From positions 72,334 to 136,333 of the forward strand of contig CAYYVT010000187.1 in assembly GCA_964475215.1 (NCBI GenBank): a stretch of DNA of 64,000 nt, written 5' to 3'. The position numbers were made by a program, and so were the translations under genes. This document shows, in pieces, positions 27,905 to 37,390 of the stretch; the stretch's first letter is position 1; every line of letters begins with the position of its first letter. The stretch is from an uncultured Nitrososphaerales archaeon. Lineage in GTDB: Archaea; Thermoproteota; Nitrososphaeria; Conexivisphaerales; DTJL01. The notes under the pieces were generated by a model. The model worked only from the letters and a program-made list of their open reading frames with translations, had not been told where the DNA came from and did no database searches.

Positions 27905-29072
27905 CTAAGAGATTCTCCTCCAACAGACTGTAAGCTTCGTCCAGCCGCCTTCCGTCGAGGAAGAACGTCATCGCCCCCTTGCTTGAGGTCACTTCGATGA
28001 TGTTGATTCCATGCATCGACAGTATGGTGGCCGCTTTCGCAACCACTCCGGGCTGATCCACCAAGTGAGGGTGCACGATTTCGATGTAGCCTATGCCCGC
28101 CCTTCCTGAGACGGCCTTCACCCCGTCTACTCCATGGACGCGTCTGCAGACTTCCTGCCATCCGTCGCCTTCTATGAAGAAAGTTATGGTCGTCCTCCCA
28201 GTCCCAATCCCCTTCACCTTTACACCCATCCGTTCCAAGACCCGGCCCAGCACGCCGATACCCAAGTCCGACACCACAGTGAGCTCACTCAGGCCTGAGC
28301 CCTTCGCGAAATATGGGTCGGTGGGCAGGATCGAGCCTGTGATCTCCGTCCCGTCCTCCCCTAGCGGCCTGCCGAACGGCACCACCCTCAGCCTCTGGTC
28401 AACGGACTTGTAGAACAACGCCTCTGGCCGGACGACCTTGGCCCCACCATGCGCGAGGGCGTACATCTCATCTATCGTGATCCTATTGACCGGCTTGGCC
28501 TCCGGCACGACAAGGGGATCCGCGCTCATCACGCCCGAGGTGTCCTTCACTAATATCACTTCGTCTGCCCGCAGGCAGTTCCCCAGCACGGTCGCCGTGA
28601 CATCGGATCCGCCCCTCCCTAGGACCGTGATCCTAGACTGGCACCTTCCCAAGAAGCCGGGGACGACCGCCACCGAGTCTTTGAGGATTGGCAGGAGCCC
28701 GGACTGGCACTTCTCCCTGGTCGCACTCAAATCTACCGTAGCGTTCAGGAAGTCCCCATTCGTGACCACAGGGAAACCTTCGTCCGTAGGGTCGAACTCC
28801 TTCACCTTGATGCCTTTGGCCCTCAGTGCCGAAGTCAGGACCTTGGCCGAAGTCCTCTCGCCCATGGAAAGTATCTCGGCGTAGGCGTTCCCCTCGATGC
28901 TTTCTTCGAAGGAGGACACCAGATTCAGCAGCTGGTCGGTGGTCCTGCCCGGCGCCGATACAACGACGACCTTCTCCTCATATGGGGCGTCGGCAACCAT
29001 TTGGGCGGCACGCTTCACCCGCTCCCCGTCCGCCAGGGTGGCGCCTCCGAACTTTATGACTGCCCTGCTCAC
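27876..29072 (-). CDS. lysC: Aspartate kinase with C-terminal ACT domains
   Basis: Kinase N-terminus AVIKFGGATLADGERV, the element GRGGSDVTA, and two ACT-like repeats at the C-terminus. I placed the start at GTG 29072, which forms a GTGA overlap with the dapB stop. The ORF-track extension to 29129 is not protein-like. Confidence 0.9.
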   Translation of the reverse strand: MSRAVIKFGGATLADGERVKRAAQMVADAPYEEKVVVVSAPGRTTDQLLNLVSSFEESIEGNAYAEILSMGERTSAKVLTSALRAKGIKVKEFDPTDEGFPVVTNGDFLNATVDLSATREKCQSGLLPILKDSVAVVPGFLGRCQSRITVLGRGGSDVTATVLGNCLRADEVILVKDTSGVMSADPLVVPEAKPVNRITIDEMYALAHGGAKVVRPEALFYKSVDQRLRVVPFGRPLGEDGTEITGSILPTDPYFAKGSGLSELTVVSDLGIGVLGRVLERMGVKVKGIGTGRTTITFFIEGDGWQEVCRRVHGVDGVKAVSGRAGIGYIEIVHPHLVDQPGVVAKAATILSMHGINIIEVTSSKGAMTFFLDGRRLDEAYSLLEENLLVGQLDTEKA

Positions 29073-29884
29073 TTTATGCCAAGCACTTCCTCCATGCCAT
29101 ACAGTCCAGGCCGTTGATGCAGCACCCACTTTGCCGCCAGCAGCGCTCCGGTTGCGAAAGCCGATCTCGAGAAGACCACATGCTCCAGCCTAATCGTTTC
29201 ATAAGCCCCCGCTGCCAACACGTCGTGCTGGCCCGGTATGCCTCCTCCCCTGATGGAGAGCACCTCCAGCTCCTCCGAGCCCCGCTGGGAAAGACCCTGG
29301 CGGCCGTGGACCGTCTTCGTATACTTCCTCTGCAGGTTCACGATGTCGGCGAGTTTGGAAGCCGTCCCGCTGGGGGCATCGACCTTTCGATTGTGATGGG
29401 CCTCAACGATGGAGAAGTCATAACTTGAGGGAAGCTGGCTGAGCAGCTTCGTGAGCGAGAATAGGAAGTTCGCCCCTACCGAGAAGTTGGGAGATATCAC
29501 AGCGGGAATCGATCTCACTATCGATTCAAGCAATGCCCTCTGCTCGACGGAGAATCCCGTCGTCCCCACCACCACAGGCTTGCGCAGTCCCGCGACCAAT
29601 GGCAAGTTGGAGAGTTCCGCCTGAGGGGTCGAAAACGAAACAAAGACATCGCATCTCTCCATGATATCCATCAATCCTGAAGGGGGGCTGACCACGACGT
29701 CGCTCTCCGCCACTGCGGCTTGCTTCAAGGTCACACCCAATCTCGGGTTCCCTTCAGATTCAATCGCCCCGCCGATGACAAAAGGGGCTGCGACCTCATG
29801 GGCCACCATCGATCCCATCCTTCCCAATGCTCCGGCGATGCAGACCCTGATCGGACCGGCTGAGCTCGATTCAGTAGCCTTCAT
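29069..29884 (-). CDS. dapB: 4-hydroxy-tetrahydrodipicolinate reductase
   Basis: 271 aa with an NAD(P) fold (RVCIAGALGRMG), the catalytic region IVEAHHNRKVDAPSGTA, and operon context. Confidence 0.9.
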   Translation of the reverse strand: MKATESSSAGPIRVCIAGALGRMGSMVAHEVAAPFVIGGAIESEGNPRLGVTLKQAAVAESDVVVSPPSGLMDIMERCDVFVSFSTPQAELSNLPLVAGLRKPVVVGTTGFSVEQRALLESIVRSIPAVISPNFSVGANFLFSLTKLLSQLPSSYDFSIVEAHHNRKVDAPSGTASKLADIVNLQRKYTKTVHGRQGLSQRGSEELEVLSIRGGGIPGQHDVLAAGAYETIRLEHVVFSRSAFATGALLAAKWVLHQRPGLYGMEEVLGIK

Positions 29885-30929
29885 AGCTGAGCCCAGCCAG
29901 GCTCGATGGAGACGAGATACGGTCGGCTATGCTAACGCCAAAGGCTCTTTCCAGAGGATCTAGGATTTCGGGGTTCTGGCTCCAAACCGTCTTCAACCCC
30001 GTCAGAACCTTGCTGAGACCGGCCTTGGTCATCTTCCCCAACGGGCCTCTACACTGTCCCGCAGGCATCCCCAATAGCGCGGCCATCGCCTTTACTGGCA
30101 CCGGGTTCCTCGCCTTCACGGTGATGCTGCGGCCGAGGGCTTGCTCATCGGTCTTCACCGTGACCAGCTCAAATAGAGGCTTCAGGGCCTTGGCGAGCGA
30201 GCCGGCGGTACCCACGTCGCCGCGAAGGGCCGCAGAAACCATGTCCGAAACGGCACGGGGGGCTATATTCGACATTACAGAGATGGTCCCGTTGGCCTTT
30301 ACACTAGGGTCGGTCATCAAGCCATACGTCCTCTCATCATCACCTGACAGTATGGAGAACGAAGCCCCGCAAAGTGATCTTATCATTGCGGCGTTCTCCG
30401 TGCTTCCGGTTGCCTCTTTGACTGCGACGAAGTTGGGGTATGACCTGGCTAGTATGGAGACGTCCTCCGGAGCAAGCTGAGTCCCTGTGCGTCCGGGAAT
30501 TATGTATGGAATCAACCACATCTCACTGACCTCCTTTGCTATGGGCTCATAGTATTCACGGCGCATCTCCAAGCTGCTGGGACCGTTATAGTAGGGGTCT
30601 ACCAGTAGGGCCGACTTGGCGCCCAACTCCCAGGCCTCCTTGGTCGTCTCGAGGGCCTTACGGGTGCTGTTGGCGCCCGTGTTGGCGATGCATAGTGCTT
30701 GTTTGCTCGTTCCATCGAGGACCATCGTTAGGGCCCTTACGAACTCCTGGTGCTCCAGGGTGGGGCCCTCACCCGTGGTCCCGGCCACGACCACTCCACT
30801 CACGCCGTTCTTCAGCTGAAACTCCAACAACTGGTTTAACCCGCTTACGTCCAAGCCGCCATCCTCCCTGAATGGAGTGATAATCGCCGTAATGCAGCCC
30901 TCCAACGTGCTCTTCAACACGGCAAGCAC
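29871..30929 (-). CDS. dapA: 4-hydroxy-tetrahydrodipicolinate synthase (with a C-terminal extension of about 45 aa)
   Basis: ITAIITPF, VVVAGTTGEGPTL, and the Schiff-base Lys region FVAVKEATG are present. GTG start. A TATA-like ttaatatgg lies only about 15 nt upstream, so the true start may be GTG/TTG 9-12 nt further in (leaderless). Confidence 0.9.
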   Translation of the reverse strand: MLAVLKSTLEGCITAIITPFREDGGLDVSGLNQLLEFQLKNGVSGVVVAGTTGEGPTLEHQEFVRALTMVLDGTSKQALCIANTGANSTRKALETTKEAWELGAKSALLVDPYYNGPSSLEMRREYYEPIAKEVSEMWLIPYIIPGRTGTQLAPEDVSILARSYPNFVAVKEATGSTENAAMIRSLCGASFSILSGDDERTYGLMTDPSVKANGTISVMSNIAPRAVSDMVSAALRGDVGTAGSLAKALKPLFELVTVKTDEQALGRSITVKARNPVPVKAMAALLGMPAGQCRGPLGKMTKAGLSKVLTGLKTVWSQNPEILDPLERAFGVSIADRISSPSSLAGLSYEGY

Positions 30930-31065
30930 TCTTCGTTGCCATATTAAACGTTTTCGCGGGTCATCCGATTTCAGTAGTTGGACGACGGTTTACCGCGGTC
31001 CCGAGGCCCAATTGCTACTCATTCCGGAGCTGCAGGTTCGCATGGTCACGGCTGACTGACGATAT

Positions 31066-32550
31066 TCATATGATTGCGTCGACTCTGGCGTGAAGCTCTC
31101 TTTTCGCGTCCAGAAGCCCTTTGCGTTTCTTCGAGTTTTCCACGTTGAGCTCTGCCATCTTCTTCCTTAGGACCGTGTAGTTGGCTAGGACCCTCTCCTT
31201 GGAAGGCCCTCCTTCGGTCTTCGTAGCCTTTAGCACGGCTTCCGGATGCAGATAGCGCCTCAACTCCGCCACTTGAGTGTTTGGCAGGTTCAGGTCAGGC
31301 TCGGCCTGCCGGATCAGAGCTGCCAGTTGTCCCTCGCCGAGATCGGCGAGCTTCTCCTTGTGGGCAGACAGTGTCCCAGATATCCTCCCGGCGATAGAGT
31401 GCGCCTGGCGAAAGGCGATCCCCTGCTTCCTGACCAGCCATTCAGCCAAGGGAAGGGCGAAGACATCGCTATCTTCCGCCTTCTTGCGCATTTCACTCAC
31501 GTCGAACTTCCCTCCTTCGAGACATCCTTTCAGAACCGATATGGCTTCCAGCGTCGTCGGGAAGGATCTCGCCAACACCGCTTTCACATTCTGGAGGTCC
31601 CTGTTGTATCCACTCGTCAAACCCTTCAACGTCGTCAGGGCTTGGACGAGCTCCGCAATCCCCAAGGCGGCATCTGCCCTCACTATCTCTAATACATCTG
31701 CGTTCTTCTTATGTGGCATAGCGCTTGAGGGCGACGCTAGTTCGTCGGGGAGCTCGAAGTAGGCGAACTCCGTGGTTGACCATACTATCAGGTCTTCCGC
31801 CATCCTGCTTAGCTCCACAAGGAGGAGGGTCTGCACGAAAATGGCTTCAACGGCGTAGTCCCTGCTCTCGACTGCGTCCTCACAATTGACCACCGGCGAG
31901 GAGAACCCGAGCAACTCGCTTGTCCTCCTCCTGTCGACCGCTATGGTGGAACCAGCTACAGCTGACGCGCCCAGGGGACATTCATTGGTCCGCCCAAAGC
32001 AGTCGGAAAGCCTCTCGACATCCCTGAGCAGTGGTTCTGCGTAGCTCTGCAGGTGGTGGCCTAACGTCTGCAGCTGTGCCTGCCCCAAGTGGGTATAGGC
32101 GAGCATGGGCGTTGACGAATAGCGACGCGACATCTGCAGAAGCACACTTACGAGCCCCTCCGTCTCATCGATAAGCTGTAGCAACCTGTCCCGGCAAAGC
32201 ATCCTTGTTATGGTGGCCACCTGATCATTCCGTGACCTGGCCGTGTGAAGGCGTCCACCCGTGTCCTTCGAGGTCAGCTGGGTTACGGACGTCTCAACGA
32301 ATTCGTGGATGTCTTCGAACCCTTCCAACGGGACTCCTGCCTCCGCCGTCTTCTTCAGGGCCTTGATAACATCCGCCGCCTGCCTTCTCGTCACCCATTT
32401 CTGCTCCTCCAACATCACGACATGAGCTAGGGAGCATTCGACTTCATATTGTAGGAACTCGGAGTCGACGTTCAACGAACCTATGAAACGCTGGGATCTT
32501 GGATCTATATCTTTGCTCAGCCTCGAACGGTAGAGCCCTCCTTTCATCAC
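31066..32550 (-). CDS. argH: Argininosuccinate lyase
   Basis: 494 aa with the fumarate-lyase motifs TARSRNDQVAT and the signature SSAMPHKKN. Confidence 0.93.
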   Translation of the reverse strand: MMKGGLYRSRLSKDIDPRSQRFIGSLNVDSEFLQYEVECSLAHVVMLEEQKWVTRRQAADVIKALKKTAEAGVPLEGFEDIHEFVETSVTQLTSKDTGGRLHTARSRNDQVATITRMLCRDRLLQLIDETEGLVSVLLQMSRRYSSTPMLAYTHLGQAQLQTLGHHLQSYAEPLLRDVERLSDCFGRTNECPLGASAVAGSTIAVDRRRTSELLGFSSPVVNCEDAVESRDYAVEAIFVQTLLLVELSRMAEDLIVWSTTEFAYFELPDELASPSSAMPHKKNADVLEIVRADAALGIAELVQALTTLKGLTSGYNRDLQNVKAVLARSFPTTLEAISVLKGCLEGGKFDVSEMRKKAEDSDVFALPLAEWLVRKQGIAFRQAHSIAGRISGTLSAHKEKLADLGEGQLAALIRQAEPDLNLPNTQVAELRRYLHPEAVLKATKTEGGPSKERVLANYTVLRKKMAELNVENSKKRKGLLDAKRELHARVDAII

Positions 32551-33236
32551 TGCCTGCCTCCTAGTCGCCGGGCCTCTGAGATCAAGTCGGTGACGGCCGT
32601 AAACGCCTTTACAACATCACCCATCTTGACCACTATTATGGTATCTGTGTAATCTGAAACCGTATCCACGACGTTAATGCCTCCCCTCCCGACGCGGTTG
32701 TAGACGGCCGCAACACAGCCGGGCGTTTCCATTATCTCCACAGGGCTGTGTATGATGAGGGCCGCCAGCTCCGTCCTCGCCTCCATCACCTCTTCGTCCT
32801 TGAAACGACCCCGGAGATATCCGTAGAGGCTCCTTTCGAACACCAACGTGTAAGCGTTTGAGGAGCTCGAAATCTGTAGGAAGGCGTCGTAGTTCTTGAA
32901 CGCGATGTCCTTGATCCTAGAGGACACCTCCTGGCTCACTTGAACCGAGACCATGGCGAGGTCGGTTCTCACCTCGAGGCTGCTCTTGGCGAGCACTTTG
33001 AGGTATCCAAGCGCTCCTCTCCTATACGAGCCCTTGATTCGCTTCAGAGATGTGATAATGGCCTCCTCTGACACGTTACGGCCCATGCTGGAGACGACCG
33101 CGGGCCTCAATAATCTGGCGGCCGCACTAACGTTAACAATCCCCCTAGCCAAGGCCTCCTGAAGCAACGAGTCGCCGTCCACCTGCTCCCTAACCGACTT
33201 CGAGATGGAGGCGGTGACCAATTTTGGTCTATTCAT
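32547..33236 (-). CDS. Putative amino-acid-responsive regulator: N-terminal HTH-like segment plus C-terminal ACT-like domain
   Basis: The N-terminal ARGIVNVSAAARLLR resembles an HTH recognition segment. The C-terminal ALIIHSPVEIMETPGCVAAVYNRVGRGGINVVDTVSDYTDTIIVVKMGDVVKAF resembles an ACT fold. I placed the start at Met23 (ATG 33236); the 33302 start would abut argG. There is a 4-nt overlap with the argH start. Confidence 0.6.
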   Translation of the reverse strand: MNRPKLVTASISKSVREQVDGDSLLQEALARGIVNVSAAARLLRPAVVSSMGRNVSEEAIITSLKRIKGSYRRGALGYLKVLAKSSLEVRTDLAMVSVQVSQEVSSRIKDIAFKNYDAFLQISSSSNAYTLVFERSLYGYLRGRFKDEEVMEARTELAALIIHSPVEIMETPGCVAAVYNRVGRGGINVVDTVSDYTDTIIVVKMGDVVKAFTAVTDLISEARRLGGRQ

Positions 33237-33262
33237 GGCTAATTCTGACCGGCGTCGTCCGA

Positions 33263-33275
33263 AATAATTAAATGT
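33263..33275. promoter_or_regulatory. Shared bidirectional AT-rich (TATA-like) element between the HTH-ACT/argH unit and argG
   Basis: aaataattaaatg is centred about 32 nt from both divergent start codons (33236 and 33301). It is the only AT-rich element in the 64-bp spacer. Confidence 0.5.
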
Positions 33276-33300
33276 TGCCCCCCGCAGGCCTGAATTATCC

Positions 33301-34512
33301 ATGGCCTCGAAGATCGTCCTAGGTTATTCCGGCGGCCTTGACACCACCACCGCGATACTGTGGTTGAAGGAGAAATATGGGTACGACGTCGTGACTATGA
33401 CCATTGACGTCGGCCAGGAGGAGGACTTCGCACCCATCGCAAAGCGGTCCCAGGAGCTGGGTGCCGTTAGGCATTATGAGCTTGACGCCAAAGAGGAGTT
33501 CGCAAATGCTTACATCGCCAAATCAATCAGGGCGAACGGCCTCTATCAAGGAAAGTACCCCCTCAGCACCGCTCTGGCGCGGCCACTCATAGCCGGAAAG
33601 CTCGTCGAGATTGCTGAGAAAGAAGGAGCAAGTGCAGTAGCTCATGGGTGCACTGGGAAGGGGAACGACCAAGTCAGGTTCGACCTATGCGTCAATGCTC
33701 TGAACCCCAACCTCAAGGTCATCGCGCCCGTCAGGGAGTGGAACCTCAGTAGGACCGAGGAAGTGGCATACCTGAAGTCCAAGGGCTTCGACGCGCCGAT
33801 CAAGCGGTCTGAGTTCAGCGTCGACCAGAATCTCTGGGGGAGGTCCGTGGAAGGCGGTGCGATAGAGAACCCTGCCGACGAGCCTCCACAGGAAGCGCTT
33901 GAATGGACCAAGCCACCGGAGTTCTGGCCTTCCGAACCCTCTTACGTCACCATAGGCTTCCAAGAAGGGGTCCCAGTCTCATTGAACGGCCAAGAAGCGA
34001 AGCTGTCCGACATCATCGTCAAGCTCAACCGCCTCGCGGGAACCCATGGAGTAGGCATCCTCGACCACATGGAGGACAGGTCCGTCGGGATCAAGTCCCA
34101 CGAGGTCTATGAATGCCCGGCCGCCACCGTTATAATCGAAGCCCATCGCGAACTCGAGAAGTTGGTCCTGACGAGGTCTGAGGCAGCGTTCAAGCCTATC
34201 GTTGAACAACAATGGTCTTGGCTGGTCTATTCGGGCCTCTGGATAGACCCTCTGCTCAAGGACCTTCAGAGCTTCATCGATTCGACCCAGGAGTTCGTGT
34301 CCGGCGAGACGAAGGTCAAACTCTTCAAGGGAGCATGCCGTGTCGTAGGGAGGTCATCCCCTTACGCCCTCTACCAGAAACAGCTCTCCACCTACGGAGT
34401 CGACTCCACCTTCGATCAGAAGGCGGCTGAAGGCTTCATCAAACTCTACGGCCTTCCGTCAGTGATGGCGGCAAGGCGAAGCCTGCTAAAGGCAAAGGAG
34501 GTGTTAGCATGA
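33301..34512 (+). CDS. argG: Argininosuccinate synthase
   Basis: 403 aa containing IVLGYSGGLDTT, AHGCTGKGNDQVRF, and the rest of the classic ArgG pattern. Confidence 0.95.
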   Translation: MASKIVLGYSGGLDTTTAILWLKEKYGYDVVTMTIDVGQEEDFAPIAKRSQELGAVRHYELDAKEEFANAYIAKSIRANGLYQGKYPLSTALARPLIAGKLVEIAEKEGASAVAHGCTGKGNDQVRFDLCVNALNPNLKVIAPVREWNLSRTEEVAYLKSKGFDAPIKRSEFSVDQNLWGRSVEGGAIENPADEPPQEALEWTKPPEFWPSEPSYVTIGFQEGVPVSLNGQEAKLSDIIVKLNRLAGTHGVGILDHMEDRSVGIKSHEVYECPAATVIIEAHRELEKLVLTRSEAAFKPIVEQQWSWLVYSGLWIDPLLKDLQSFIDSTQEFVSGETKVKLFKGACRVVGRSSPYALYQKQLSTYGVDSTFDQKAAEGFIKLYGLPSVMAARRSLLKAKEVLA

Positions 34513-34679
34513 ACGCAACTTGCGCAGAGTGCGGCGGCAGCATCCCAGTCCCTAACGACGCGTTGAAGGGCGAAATCGTCTCCTGCCCTGACTGCGGGAC
34601 GGAGTTCGAAGTCAAAGAGATGGGATCTACGGTTCAGTTGGTCGCCGCACCCAAGATCGAAGAAGATTGGGGAGAATAA
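34509..34679 (+). CDS. lysW: Amino-group carrier protein LysW/ArgW (zinc ribbon, C-terminal EDWGE)
   Basis: 56 aa, which is below the ORF-track cutoff: MNATCAECGGSIPVPNDALKGEIVSCPDCGTEFEVKEMGSTVQLVAAPKIEEDWGE. It has a CxxC...CxxC ribbon and the canonical EDWGE C-terminus. The ATGA overlap with the argG stop and the adjacent lysX support the call. Confidence 0.9.
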   Translation: MNATCAECGGSIPVPNDALKGEIVSCPDCGTEFEVKEMGSTVQLVAAPKIEEDWGE

Positions 34680-34688
34680 GCCAGCCAG

Positions 34689-35537
34689 ATGACGAAGATA
34701 ACCCTCTTCTACGACCGCGTTCGGTGGGAGGAGAAACAGCTCCACGATAGAGCATCTCAGAAGGGAATTCAGCTAGACTTCCTCGATGTGAGAGAGCTCC
34801 TCTATCCTATCCCGCGCGAAGGTAGGGCCATGGGCACCGTCCTGCAGAGGTGTGTCAGCCACTCGAGGGGGATTCGAGCCGCTCGATACTTCGAGGCTGA
34901 AGGGACGAAGGTCATCAACTCGAGCAAGACATCCGAACTCTGCAGCGACAAGTTCGCCACGGGCCTTCGGCTACAAGAGGCGGGAATACCCCACCCGAAG
35001 ACGATCATGACCTTGTCAATCGAATCCGCTCTAAAGGCGGCGGAGAGGCTGGGCTATCCGGTGGTCATGAAGCCTCTAAGCGGGTCATGGGGGAGGGAGG
35101 TGGCGGTGCTTTCTGACGAGCGATCTCTCAAATCCTACCTCGAACTGAAGGAGGGCTCAGAGAGCCCGGAGGACCACGTGTACTACCTGCAGGAATTCGT
35201 TCGGAATCCTGGCAGGGACATCAGGTCTGTGTGCGTCGGAGGTGAGATTGTGGCGTGCATATACCGATATGCTCCCGAGGGCGAATGGAGGTCGAATGTA
35301 GCGCTGGGCGGGATAGCGAAGCCCTGCCACCTTGATGCAGCAGACAGGGAGCTCGTAATCAGGGGGGCAGAGGTTGTGGGCGGCGAGGTAGTTGGAGTCG
35401 ATTCGATGGAATCTCCCCATGGCCTCGTCATCCATGAGGTCAATTCGAACGTCGAGTTCAGGGGAGCCGCCGGCGGAACGGGCGTCGACATAGCGGGCAA
35501 GATACTCGACTATGCGGTAGGGAGGTCCACCAAATGA
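34689..35537 (+). CDS. lysX: RimK-type ATP-grasp ligase LysX/ArgX (amino acid--LysW ligase)
   Basis: 282 aa with an ATP-grasp core (YPVVMKPLSGSWGREV, YLQEF, GVDSMES..GLVIHEVN). It lies immediately after lysW. Confidence 0.88.
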   Translation: MTKITLFYDRVRWEEKQLHDRASQKGIQLDFLDVRELLYPIPREGRAMGTVLQRCVSHSRGIRAARYFEAEGTKVINSSKTSELCSDKFATGLRLQEAGIPHPKTIMTLSIESALKAAERLGYPVVMKPLSGSWGREVAVLSDERSLKSYLELKEGSESPEDHVYYLQEFVRNPGRDIRSVCVGGEIVACIYRYAPEGEWRSNVALGGIAKPCHLDAADRELVIRGAEVVGGEVVGVDSMESPHGLVIHEVNSNVEFRGAAGGTGVDIAGKILDYAVGRSTK

Positions 35538-36583
35538 AGGTCGGCGTGCTCGGGGCGTCGGGGTTCGTTGGGGGAGAGCTCCTCAGGATTCTCCTGAGGC
35601 ACCCCTCGGTCGAGGTCACCAACATATCTTCGAGAGAGTACGCTGGCGAGTTCGTGCATCGGGCTCACCCGCACCTCAGAGGCGTGTCAAACCTCCAGTT
35701 CATATCGTATGACTTGGAAAAGGTGGTGGGCGCCAGCGACCTCGTCTTCACCTCCCTCCCCCTGAAGGCCTCGTTGGACTCCATCCCTAGGCTCGTGGCC
35801 GCAGGGGTGAAGGTCATAGACATGAGCCCGGCCTACAGGCTCCCGAAGGCAGAAGACTTCCAGCTCCACTACAACATGGTGCACCCGGACCAGCAACTCC
35901 TATCACGCTTCGCCTACGGCCTGCCAGAGCTATACCGTTCCGCCATTGCCTCCAGCAACTTGGTCGCCAATCCGGGATGCTCTGCGCTCACGGCCATACT
36001 CGCCCTCGCACCGTTCGCCGAGATAGTCGAGCCCCATTCGGACATCATCGTTGACGCCAAGGTGGGCTCTTCGGGCTCGGGCTCCAAGCCTTCCCCCGCT
36101 GGTATGCACGCGGTTAGGTACGGAACCATACGGCCTTACAAGCTGGGCAACCATCGCCATGGCTCCGAAGTCAAGGCATTCCTCAGGTCCCGCGGCAAAG
36201 AGGGGGTGGGAGTCCTGTTCTCCGCTCATGCCGTCAACATGGTCCGTGGAATCCTCGTAACGGAATACATCGCCACCAGCTCGCCCATCACCATCAAGGA
36301 CGTCTGGCAGCGCCTACGGGGCATGTACGGCCAGGAGCACTTCATCAGGCTGGTCAGGGACAAGATGGGGAGCTTCAAGCTCCCAGACCCGAAGATCTCT
36401 ATAGGCTCCAACTTCTGCGACATAGGCTTCGAGCTAGACCCAGACGGAAGACATTTGATGGTCGTGGCCGCGCTCGACAACCTAGTGAAGGGGGCGGCCG
36501 GCAACGCGGTGCAATGTATGAACGTCATGCAGGGCTATCCGGAAAGCACGGCCCTGGACCTCATTCCGATCTTCCCGGTGTAG
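35534..36583 (+). CDS. lysY: [LysW]-aminoacyl-phosphate reductase LysY/ArgC
   Basis: 349 aa containing KVGVLGASGFVGGELLR and the active-site Cys in VANPGCSALT. It overlaps lysX by 4 nt. Confidence 0.9.
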   Translation: MKVGVLGASGFVGGELLRILLRHPSVEVTNISSREYAGEFVHRAHPHLRGVSNLQFISYDLEKVVGASDLVFTSLPLKASLDSIPRLVAAGVKVIDMSPAYRLPKAEDFQLHYNMVHPDQQLLSRFAYGLPELYRSAIASSNLVANPGCSALTAILALAPFAEIVEPHSDIIVDAKVGSSGSGSKPSPAGMHAVRYGTIRPYKLGNHRHGSEVKAFLRSRGKEGVGVLFSAHAVNMVRGILVTEYIATSSPITIKDVWQRLRGMYGQEHFIRLVRDKMGSFKLPDPKISIGSNFCDIGFELDPDGRHLMVVAALDNLVKGAAGNAVQCMNVMQGYPESTALDLIPIFPV

Positions 36584-36589
36584 TCTCAA

Positions 36590-37390
36590 ATGACAACAGT
36601 TGTGAAGATAGGAGGCCGGCTCACGGAAGGACCATATCTGGATGAGATCGGAAACGACCTAGCGACAAACCATGACCTTTCACCCATCCTGATAGTCCAC
36701 GGAGGAGGAGACCTGGTCACCCGCTTCGGCGAGCGCATGGGGATAAAGCAGAAGTTCGTGACGGCGCCGTCGGGGGTCCGCAGCCGGTACACCGACGACG
36801 AAACCCTCCAGGTCTGCCTGATGGTCTTGGCAGGCCTCGTCAACACTCGGGTCGTCCAAGCCCTCGAGCGCCATGGCGTCCAGGCGCTGGGTTTAACGGG
36901 CGCCGACTGCGAGCTGGTCAAGGCCGAACGGCGTGAAAAGATCCTAGTCGTAGAAGGAAACAGGAAGATGGCCATCGATGGGGGCTATTCTGGCAAGCCC
37001 TTTGCCGTCAACTCCGGCCTCATCAAGAGCCTTTTCGATTTGAAGATCGTCCCGGTTGTTGCCCCCTTGGGCATCGATGGCAAGAGAGATCTGGTGAACA
37101 TGGACGGCGACTCCGCGGCCGCTGCGATCGCGTCGGGCTTGAAGGCAGACACGCTGCTCTTCCTCTCTGATGTAGACGGTCTGCTTGTAGAAGGCAAGGT
37201 CGTCTCCGAAGTTTCAGCCGCTGAGCTGGACGAGCTAGTCAAGTCCACCGGGGTGGGGATGAACCGGAAGTTGCTTTCTGCTCTCAGGGCGCTACAGGGG
37301 GGCGTTTCCAAAATCGTGATCTCCAACGGGAAGGTACAACGACCGATAAGCTCTGCGTTATCCGGAGACAGGGGGACGGTCATCCAGTGA
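36590..37390 (+). CDS. lysZ: [LysW]-aminoacyl kinase LysZ/ArgB (amino acid kinase family)
   Basis: 266 aa containing VVKIGG, ILIVHGGG, and NMDGDSAAAAIA. Confidence 0.9.
   Translation: MTTVVKIGGRLTEGPYLDEIGNDLATNHDLSPILIVHGGGDLVTRFGERMGIKQKFVTAPSGVRSRYTDDETLQVCLMVLAGLVNTRVVQALERHGVQALGLTGADCELVKAERREKILVVEGNRKMAIDGGYSGKPFAVNSGLIKSLFDLKIVPVVAPLGIDGKRDLVNMDGDSAAAAIASGLKADTLLFLSDVDGLLVEGKVVSEVSAAELDELVKSTGVGMNRKLLSALRALQGGVSKIVISNGKVQRPISSALSGDRGTVIQ

Noticed and set aside
30930-31065. The 136-bp gap between argH and dapA as a possible ncRNA or riboswitch
   Set aside because: It contains only a TATA-like element for dapA (ttaatatgg on the minus strand) and no extended pairing that I could fold. 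I treat it as an ordinary promoter/terminator spacer.
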